Shown: positions 56,241-64,000 of the stretch, one piece after another | Layout of the letters: each line of letters opens with the position of its first letter | Position numbering within the stretch: the first letter of the stretch is position 1 | DNA from: Tetramitus jugosus | Lineage: Eukaryota > Protista > Heterolobosea | Reading direction: 5' to 3' | Length of the DNA stretch: 64,000 nt | Assembly: GCA_937625935.1 (NCBI GenBank) | Contig: OW569362.1 | Span: 434,001-498,000, forward strand | The notes under the pieces: generated by a model | Database searches by the model: none | The model's input: the letters and a program-made list of their open reading frames with translations, nothing else | What the model was told of the DNA's origin: nothing | Program-made: the position numbers and the translations under genes

Positions 56241-58649
56241 CTAGAAACTTGGAGATTCCGGCTCCTTGGCGTCAGTCTTTGATGGGTCTTGACTGAGCAG
56301 CATCACATCGTCTTCATCGACAATACTGGAGCTGCTCACGTTCTGTGACGGAGGTCCCATTTGGTGTGCGAGTGAAACAAGTTGTTTCCGTATGTACTTT
56401 CGCTTCCGGCTCACAGTTGAAGCAAGGAATAGTCTACTGTTGTTCACCGGTAGTTCAAACAGCTCGGTTGCATCGTCATCATTCGTTCTTGCTTCCTTGG
56501 AGTCAAAGTACCGTCTGACAATTTCCTCCGTGTACTGCAATATATAGACTCCACAGTCACAAAAGTTATCTTGTTGAGGAAGTTGAGCAGAGTGCACCGG
56601 GATATTGTCATCTGTCAATTGAATTGCAGGACGATCAGGGTATTCGAATTTGTATCTCTGCTCCAGAAAGTTTCTTAGGTTGGATATGACGCGCCGATTT
56701 GGATGGTTACCTAATGAATCACAGTACATGATCATGCACTGATCATCATCGGTTGCAACTGTGTTATCTCTGTATTGTGGTGGAATAAGATTCGTGGGAT
56801 TGCAGATGACAAAAAGTGTCCAATGAGCTGATTCACAAACAGGAACGAAAATCAACTCACTCTCAAACAGTTTTTCTCCACTTGCAGTTCGTTGTGAACA
56901 TCTGACAACATCGTTACGTAGCACTGGATAGAATTGGGAGTTCAATAGAATGAATTTTCCCTTGTGTTTTTGTCCGAGCTCGCTGTGAGAGATGTGTTGG
57001 TACCAATAATCAATGATATTGTCATTCAGAAACTCTCCATCATTCAATCTGACTAAATCTCCATTCGTAATGTGAATATTGTATTTCTTTACGATAACTT
57101 CACTCGGATTCTGCCAAATCATGCAGTCATCTGACTGGTCGCTAGCCTGTTTTGTTCTATTTTCAAGCAATACCATACTCTGTTCCTCTTCATCTGTATC
57201 CACATCATCATCCAAGATGCGCTTTTTCCGAGCGGTAGTTAAACGAGGACTCGGCGCTGATCGATGAGACAACGAAGATAGTCGCTGAACTCGGTCAGGC
57301 TTGAATGAGTAATCAAACGAAGGATTATTGAAATCTTGAGAAATGGACTTGTTGTTGGTTGGGCTAGACAGAATAGACGAACACTCGTGGTGTGGACGCT
57401 TGAGCAACTTCTCCAAATCGACATCCATCTTTTGAATCAACTGATCATGCGTGATCTCTGTGCAATTGCTTTCACCGAACCAATCATTCATTGAAACATC
57501 TCCCTTCGTGTTCACAACCACAATACGGTTCTTGCTCGAATCACAATCAAAATACGTAATATCAACACCACAAATATTCTCAGAGTATCGAAATGCAAAG
57601 CACTCGGGCATTGATTTGGTTTTTTTCATGTGATATCGCTCAATGGAGTACTTTGATGAAAATTGAATCAATTGCCATGAAGGTGCATTATTGCACGTAA
57701 TATAGGAATCAAAAATGGACAATTTCAGAGTACTAGCATCACAAGACAAAAATTTGCATTTCGTGGCAGAGCACATCATATAGATTGAATTTGAATCATC
57801 ATCACTAACATGTGATTTTCGTTTAGTTTTGCTATTGCTATCCAGTATCGTGCTTTTCGTCTTACTCGTTGGTTTCTCCTCTGCAAACAAATCTTCATCC
57901 ACTTCCACACGTTTCATTGACACGAGTGATGAATGATAAGTCTTGTTACCATGTTGTGCATCGACCGCTGCACTTTTCGAATGAATTTTCGGTAATCGCT
58001 CAAATTTTGTTTTTGAATGAACGTCCAACATCGATGTGCCACTACTACTACCTGTTCGATTGACAAGATTCTTAATGTTGTTGTTGCTACTCGATGTTTG
58101 TTGCTTGTTTCGATGCTTCCTCACTGATATAATATCATTCATCTCTTTAAAGTCATCATCGTCATCGTCATCATCATTATCGCCATCATTCACATCATTG
58201 TCATACGTTTCATCAAATAAGCGAGTTCGTTCTCTGACTAGTAGTTTCTTTGGAGCAGAATGAAGTGATTTGACTTGAATGGCTCTTCCTGCACTTGCTC
58301 CACTACTATTATTCGTTGTTAATGGAGAGAAAAGACTATTTGTTGTTGATGTTACTCTATTCTTGTTTGGTGACGCAGCAATATGTGTTTCTCTGAATTT
58401 TTTCAAGACAGATGGAACATTGTTTCTTGTTTCTTCAGCAATGAGTGATGATCTTCGATTGATTGTACTACTACCACTTGAACTACTGCTACTACTATTT
58501 GTCATTTTTAGTGGTACTTTCATGTGTTCGTTTGGACGTGATTTCAATGATGATGATGATGATGACGAAGAGGAGGAGGAGGAAGATAGGGAGGATGATG
58601 ATGATGAAGAAGAAGAAGGTGGAGAAGATGAATCATGATGAGTCGACAT
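56241..58649 (-). CDS. Ulp2/SENP6-7-like SUMO protease (peptidase C48)
   Basis: RLNDGEFLNDNIIDYW, IFVPVCESAHWTLFVI (His), YCDSL (Asp), PQQDNFCDCGVYILQY (Cys). First ATG at 58649. Confidence 0.92.
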   Translation of the reverse strand: MSTHHDSSSPPSSSSSSSSSLSSSSSSSSSSSSSLKSRPNEHMKVPLKMTNSSSSSSSGSSTINRRSSLIAEETRNNVPSVLKKFRETHIAASPNKNRVTSTTNSLFSPLTTNNSSGASAGRAIQVKSLHSAPKKLLVRERTRLFDETYDNDVNDGDNDDDDDDDDFKEMNDIISVRKHRNKQQTSSSNNNIKNLVNRTGSSSGTSMLDVHSKTKFERLPKIHSKSAAVDAQHGNKTYHSSLVSMKRVEVDEDLFAEEKPTSKTKSTILDSNSKTKRKSHVSDDDSNSIYMMCSATKCKFLSCDASTLKLSIFDSYITCNNAPSWQLIQFSSKYSIERYHMKKTKSMPECFAFRYSENICGVDITYFDCDSSKNRIVVVNTKGDVSMNDWFGESNCTEITHDQLIQKMDVDLEKLLKRPHHECSSILSSPTNNKSISQDFNNPSFDYSFKPDRVQRLSSLSHRSAPSPRLTTARKKRILDDDVDTDEEEQSMVLLENRTKQASDQSDDCMIWQNPSEVIVKKYNIHITNGDLVRLNDGEFLNDNIIDYWYQHISHSELGQKHKGKFILLNSQFYPVLRNDVVRCSQRTASGEKLFESELIFVPVCESAHWTLFVICNPTNLIPPQYRDNTVATDDDQCMIMYCDSLGNHPNRRVISNLRNFLEQRYKFEYPDRPAIQLTDDNIPVHSAQLPQQDNFCDCGVYILQYTEEIVRRYFDSKEARTNDDDATELFELPVNNSRLFLASTVSRKRKYIRKQLVSLAHQMGPPSQNVSSSSIVDEDDVMLLSQDPSKTDAKEPESPSF

Positions 58650-59625
58650 TGAAATTCGTTGTCTCTTGTTTTGATGATGATTTGATGTTGTTGTTGTTGA
58701 GTCAGCAATGTTGCTTCTCAAGCGTTTTCTGTTATCATTGTGATGGTGATTGTTCGTTGTTGGGACAGAAGTCTGATGTCAAATAAATGTGTTAGCTATT
58801 GTGGTGATACAATACAAAAAAGGCACATGGAGCAGAGTTGAATGGAGGAAGAGCTTTGCTTACAGTTTTAGTCTTGTACTCTTCGATAGAGCTTGCGATA
58901 AAAGCATTCTTTGGCATTCTATGGCAAACGTTGTCAACGATTGACTTTTGTTGTTTCTTTTTTTGCGCAGTTTCTGATTTTTGTGGAAGCTGCTCAAGAA
59001 AGACCATGGTGTTCACACTGTTTAGCAAGAGCTCTTCGAAAGAGAACAGGTGCTTGGAAGCAAGTGAAAAGTTGGTGAGTGTTCTGAACTGGTGAGCTGA
59101 ATGCTCTCGTCTCTGCATTGTCAAATGGATCCAACAAGAAGCTTCCAAAAAACAATTTTCGCTGGTTGGTACATTGCTGGAGCAGTGTTAGTGTTGATAG
59201 GATACCCAGGTCGACCTGTTGCATGTACGTTCGGAATGGGATCTCAATCCAGTCTGCTTGTTGTGCATTGGATTTCCTAAACACAAGTCGTACTTAACTA
59301 TCAACCGTACTTTCCGCAGGAGGCGGAGAAAAAAATTCGTTCAAGTTCTCATGCAACCACAGCAGCAACGAATGCCAGAACCACCACAGGTACAGGCACA
59401 GGCACAAGCACAACTGACAGTTGTTCAACAAATTGGCGATAGTCAGCAGCTGAACAGAAAAAAAAGTGTTAAATCTCCTCAAAGTGACTTGCTTTTTGAC
59501 AAGAATCCATCTTCTATGCCCTTTAATTTAAATTTTGAATCAATTATCCACTCTCTTGCTCTTCCCTTCTTGTTCAGATTTCCCCAAAATTCTTCCGACA
59601 ACAAACACACAAAAAACAACAGAAA

Positions 59626-60490
59626 ATGTCATCAGATGGTATGTGAGCTAATCAATCATAATCACTGCTGGTACCATATGCAACGTCTCATTCACCGCCC
59701 CTTGTTCTTTTTCTTTGAATTTATGATAGATAGTGGAGAAATTCTATATGTCGTCTTGGCCAGACAAGATCAGATTCTAGTGGAGCATTGCAACCCTAGT
59801 GTACGTTCAGGCAATTATCAAAAAACAGTTCAATCCATGCTGTTAAAAATGCCAAAGTCCAACTCGAGAATGATCTTTACACATGACAAGTTTAATTTCA
59901 ATTGTGAAGTGTTTAACGGCTTCTGTATCATATGTATGTGTGACGCGAATTTTAGTGCCGGAGTCACATTTAATTTCATTAATGATATCAAGACAAAGTG
60001 GTTCGAAATGTATACTAGTAAGAATAATGGTGGAGAAGAGTTGAATGATATGAATGATAGTAGTAGTGGTAGTAGCAGTGGTAGTGGTAATAATAATATT
60101 GGACTCTCTCAGTCCAATCTTAAATCGTTCAAGTCTGTTCTTCAAAAGAGAATGCACTTTTTTAATACGGATCCGTCGGCAAATAAGATTAAGAGACTGA
60201 AGAATCAAATTGCAGATGTCAAGGAAGAAATGGTGAATAATATTGAGAAGACATTGTTGAGAGGAGAGAAGATTGAATTGTTGGTTGATAGGACGAACAC
60301 ATTGAGAGATACGGCGACAAATTTCAAGGGCAAGAGCAAAACGTTGAAGAGATCCATGATTGGAAAGTGGATTGCTGTGGCTGCTCTCATAATCTTCTTG
60401 TTTCTGGGCTTGGGTTCCGCACTTTTCTTTTATTTATGTGGTGGAATCAAATGCATCGAATCACTAAAGAAGAATAAGAACAGTGGATAA
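59626..60490 (+). CDS. VAMP7: VAMP7-type longin R-SNARE; intron 59639-59729
   Basis: Longin ILYVVLAR...; SNARE motif VKEEMVNNIEKTLLRGEKIELLVDRT; C-terminal transmembrane segment ending in CGG. The short first exon ATGTCATCAGATG|GTATGT splices in frame. Confidence 0.92.
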
Positions 60491-60526
60491 TGACAACAAT
60501 TTTTCGAAGCAATAAACAAGAAGTTT

Positions 60527-63500
60527 CTATACGTTTACGAATTGACTCTGCAGTTGTTGGTCTATCACCACGGCACTTGTAGACTTCTGGTTGTTGCCCT
60601 TTGGAAATGTTAGTATGCCCAAGTTATGGTCAGGTGGTGTTAAGATTGCAGCTTTTGGTGACACACTGTTTTGTGACTGATAATTCATGAACGAGAGCCA
60701 AACTGAGGCGTAATCAACCTTGGAGATGCTGTGAATTATCTTCTGTGCCATCGTTTGCATATCGTTTGGCAATCTATGGTCAAGCAGCGGTAACACAAGG
60801 TCACAAATCGCATACGCGTGTAGGCATTGTTTGGTACCTCCTGTCGACAAGCGTCTCATAAAAACATTCGAGGTGTCCTCTGTCAGCGCATGTATGAAGT
60901 GCAATAGCGAGACATGCAACTTGTACTCGGGAGTAGTTCGTACGTATGAGTATGGATCACATGTTAATAATTCTCTTTGGTGTTTTGTTCTCTGGTTGTG
61001 TTGTTCGAGAGTGTTCAAGTATTTCAGACATGCCTTGTTGTGGACTATACCTGGGGTGTTGTCTCTTTGGAGTAATGGATGTGACTGTATTCGAGGCCAA
61101 ATATCCTCAATGACCTTACCATACATAAAGTCATCGCAGTATTTAATGAGGTGCTCCATGAGATCGAGAACCTTTTGTTGAACTGGTATTCTCTCAGAAT
61201 TCGACATGACTCTCGATAAGATGGATGGCCAAATGGAGTGCACCAATGGGAGAGCTTTGTCATCTAAGGTATCATCGTTCATGAAAACTCCTAAACTATT
61301 CTTCAAAATGTCGATTATATGTATCTGAATATGCATGTCGCTCATCGTAATAAAATTTTTGCACCGACCCAATATCTGCTGAACAAGATCGCGTTCCCTC
61401 AAAATATAATCTGGATGTTGAATACCATTCTCTTCCTCATAATTATTCTCCATATTGGGGTCCGTTTCATCTTCAGATTGATAATCGTTTTCATCATCTT
61501 CAACTATCGGGCTTATATTAACTGGAGGAGTGTCTTTCATTTCATTCTTTGTTTTGCGGTCATAGCGCTTCTTACGTTCAACAACTACATGCACCACACT
61601 GCTCAGAATTGAGAAGAAGACAGGCATGAAACTATGCGAGTAGGTAGTACTCAAGTGATAGTCATCCAGAGCTGAAAATATACTGTCCAGCGTATCTTGC
61701 ATAACTGTAACTATGCTGGTGTCATTCATCTCGTCGTCCGAGATATAACTCTCTCTCAATGCCGCATAGTCAAACATTGTCCGTAATAAGCGAGGAGTTG
61801 AAGGATAAAGATTTAAATACTTCATCCGTTTTCTGATTTCATCAATGATGTAGTCCGAGTTCAGAACAATGAGGTTCGTAACACGCTGTCGCTGTGTTTG
61901 ATTATCATACGAGTCTGTTTTTGCTATTCTATCAAGTGTGAGAAGTGCACTATGAACCACATGTTGATAGGGTCCACCAATATGCTCGAGAATATGAAAC
62001 AAAGCGCGAAGTAAATATGAATTTCTTGTGGACTGATGCCAGGTTTGCTCGTTAGGATGAACTCGGTTGAGAACCTCAAAAAATGTACCCACGCTCTCTA
62101 GAAGTAAGCAAGCCAGCAATGCATTATTTTGAGTTAATTCGACAGATACATTGTCCTGTACAATTGCCGTGTTCCACAACCTTTCATCAAAATAATCCAA
62201 AAAGAGTTCATCAATAATATCCATCAGTACATATCTTTCTTCCATACAAGGATCACTGTTTGTTTCAATTTTCTCTGCGAATCCCATGATAATGTACTCT
62301 AAAATCAATACACATTCTTTGTGAAATGATGCAATTATGGAAGAAGGTGGTGCTTTTCGCTCGTTATTGGAGTATTGGTTGATCAGTTGTCTTAAATGAT
62401 GTACAAATAGATTAAATGTTTCTATTGTTGAGTACTTTCCAATGTTCCAACAAATAGAAACTGCTGCTCTCAATGTACTTTCATCTCTGAAATGCTTCAT
62501 GATTCTTTTGGGGTAATCGTAAATATCAGCATGAGAATTCGCAGATGAGATGCTTTCTTCGATAATTTTTGAATATGTTGTATAATCCAACTCGAATACA
62601 ATAAATAGAGCATATGAAATCTTCTCTATCATAGAATCTGATGCCTCTAAGATTTTGCGAAGATTGTTATGTGGTAACACTAATCTAATGTAAGATCCAG
62701 CAAGAATAAATACAGCTCTTTTCTCATCTTCGTTCACATTCAACATGCAAGAATTGGGTAATGAATGGATTAGAGATGAGAATCTCTCCATTATTAGACC
62801 TTGAATCCGCGCATCACTAAAGTACATGGATTGCTGATACTGAGAGAACACTTCATTCGCAATATCTGCATAGCTATTAGCAGGAGCGGATTCATCATTC
62901 GCGCTGATCATAATACACTCTATTGTTCTTGGTACACTCATCCATAATGTTTGATCACACTTCTCCAAGATAAGCTGACACGTTCGTACTAATTCTATTC
63001 GCATTTGAGGGGATTTTAAATGAGCGTAGTTCTCTGCACTGAATATGCGCTGAAGAAATGAATCAACATGCTTTCTCATATTTTGTAGTTTTCTAATTTG
63101 ATTTGTTATCGTAGTTTTCTCATCAGTATTAGTATTGTTGCTGGTTCTTAGATTCTGGAGCACCAAGTTGTATTCTGTTTGATTCATTTGCTCACTAATA
63201 TGACTATGACGGGATTCATCCTTCTCACTTGTTAGTACTTGCTGATTTCTTTCGTTGGAACACACCAACTCTAATATCACCCGAAAAGTTTTAAAGCTTT
63301 CACATATTACTCCCTGACTTAGTTTTGTACGGTTCGCAGGTCTATTGGATGGTGTAATTCCGTCTTTACTCATAGTGATACCAGGCAAAGTGTACAATAA
63401 TTTAAACAAGGAGCTCACAATACCCGGGAAAACACTCGTTAAAACATCTACATTATTAACAGCTTTCACCAAGACAGCAATGGTTATTAGACATTCCTCT

Positions 63501-64000
63501 CGCAATCGAGTTGACTTCTCATTCATCAGAATGTCAATAATTTTGCTCAAAAATAAGGCGGCAAGTGGTTGTAGCTGCACGCGTGACAATAATTCGTTTC
63601 TCTTTTTCAATATATGCAATTCAACCAAGGAACGAAAACATGATACAAGTATGTGCTTAATTTCTTCTGTCGAATAAAAGACTGAATTGTTCTCATTGTT
63701 ACTCGAACTACTATCGTTATTCATCATACTTGCTTGTTCATCTGAATCATATGAAGCATAGACAATAAACATGGATTGAAACAATGCCATAAATTTCATC
63801 AATTGATCATCATTCAGTGCAATCACCAACTCATCAACACTCTGAAACAACACTTTAAAGCATTCAACAACTCGTTCTATTATTTTCAATGGTATTCCTC
63901 TCGATATCGCAGTACTTGTTGCCTGTGTTGTCGTCACCATCATCATCTTTTTCCGATTCACAAACAACAAATAATCCTTTTCACACAACAGGAGCAATGG
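60527..64000 (-). CDS. TTI1: TTI1 (TTT complex HEAT-repeat protein); 5' end at or beyond the window edge
   Basis: FPGIVSSL, LIVLNSDYIIDEI, YPSTPRLL, LPLVHSIWPSI, CDDFM..KV..DIWP, KVDYASVWL. The frame is open to the window end. Confidence 0.85.
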   Translation of the reverse strand, partial: PLLLLCEKDYLLFVNRKKMMMVTTTQATSTAISRGIPLKIIERVVECFKVLFQSVDELVIALNDDQLMKFMALFQSMFIVYASYDSDEQASMMNNDSSSSNNENNSVFYSTEEIKHILVSCFRSLVELHILKKRNELLSRVQLQPLAALFLSKIIDILMNEKSTRLREECLITIAVLVKAVNNVDVLTSVFPGIVSSLFKLLYTLPGITMSKDGITPSNRPANRTKLSQGVICESFKTFRVILELVCSNERNQQVLTSEKDESRHSHISEQMNQTEYNLVLQNLRTSNNTNTDEKTTITNQIRKLQNMRKHVDSFLQRIFSAENYAHLKSPQMRIELVRTCQLILEKCDQTLWMSVPRTIECIMISANDESAPANSYADIANEVFSQYQQSMYFSDARIQGLIMERFSSLIHSLPNSCMLNVNEDEKRAVFILAGSYIRLVLPHNNLRKILEASDSMIEKISYALFIVFELDYTTYSKIIEESISSANSHADIYDYPKRIMKHFRDESTLRAAVSICWNIGKYSTIETFNLFVHHLRQLINQYSNNERKAPPSSIIASFHKECVLILEYIIMGFAEKIETNSDPCMEERYVLMDIIDELFLDYFDERLWNTAIVQDNVSVELTQNNALLACLLLESVGTFFEVLNRVHPNEQTWHQSTRNSYLLRALFHILEHIGGPYQHVVHSALLTLDRIAKTDSYDNQTQRQRVTNLIVLNSDYIIDEIRKRMKYLNLYPSTPRLLRTMFDYAALRESYISDDEMNDTSIVTVMQDTLDSIFSALDDYHLSTTYSHSFMPVFFSILSSVVHVVVERKKRYDRKTKNEMKDTPPVNISPIVEDDENDYQSEDETDPNMENNYEEENGIQHPDYILRERDLVQQILGRCKNFITMSDMHIQIHIIDILKNSLGVFMNDDTLDDKALPLVHSIWPSILSRVMSNSERIPVQQKVLDLMEHLIKYCDDFMYGKVIEDIWPRIQSHPLLQRDNTPGIVHNKACLKYLNTLEQHNQRTKHQRELLTCDPYSYVRTTPEYKLHVSLLHFIHALTEDTSNVFMRRLSTGGTKQCLHAYAICDLVLPLLDHRLPNDMQTMAQKIIHSISKVDYASVWLSFMNYQSQNSVSPKAAILTPPDHNLGILTFPKGNNQKSTSAVVIDQQLQSQFVNV

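Noticed and set aside
59219-59625. Apparent long N-terminal extension of VAMP7
   Set aside because: It starts at a non-ATG codon; the ATG at 59626 plus the intron at 59639-59729 gives a normal VAMP7.

Overview
Gene-dense eukaryotic nuclear DNA using the standard genetic code. It has short GT-AG introns (mostly GTATG donors), N/Q/S/T-rich low-complexity proteins and short intergenic gaps. The style resembles a free-living protist such as a heterolobosean amoeba, but that is inference only. About 27 apparently intact host genes are recognisable, including sulfite oxidase, SERINC, histone H3, a 2OG-Fe(II) hydroxylase, ArfGAP, Rab7, an HRD1/AMFR-type RING ligase, a TRIM-like protein, a TALE homeobox protein, two tandem Cys-rich GPI-type surface proteins, a FAN-like BEACH protein, hyccin, eIF2-alpha, an ankyrin protein, a Ulp2/SENP protease, VAMP7 and TTI1. 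Two accessory blocks interrupt them. The first (~12.6-18.7 kb) holds a decayed bacterial-type AAA-ATPase/PD-(D/E)xK nuclease gene, a decayed bacterial-type NlpC/P60-like peptidoglycan hydrolase with peptidoglycan-binding repeats (not evident in the ORF track), and an intact heptad-repeat orphan. The second (~22.2-24.5 kb) holds a P-loop NTPase with a mutated Walker A. The other notable observations are a stand-alone dynein microtubule-binding-domain gene, a minimal TPX2-like Aurora-binding protein, a CCAAT plus E2F promoter module shared by H3 and the TPX2-like gene, and patchwork identity between the surface-protein paralogues. All assignments come from motif recognition by eye; no database searches were run.
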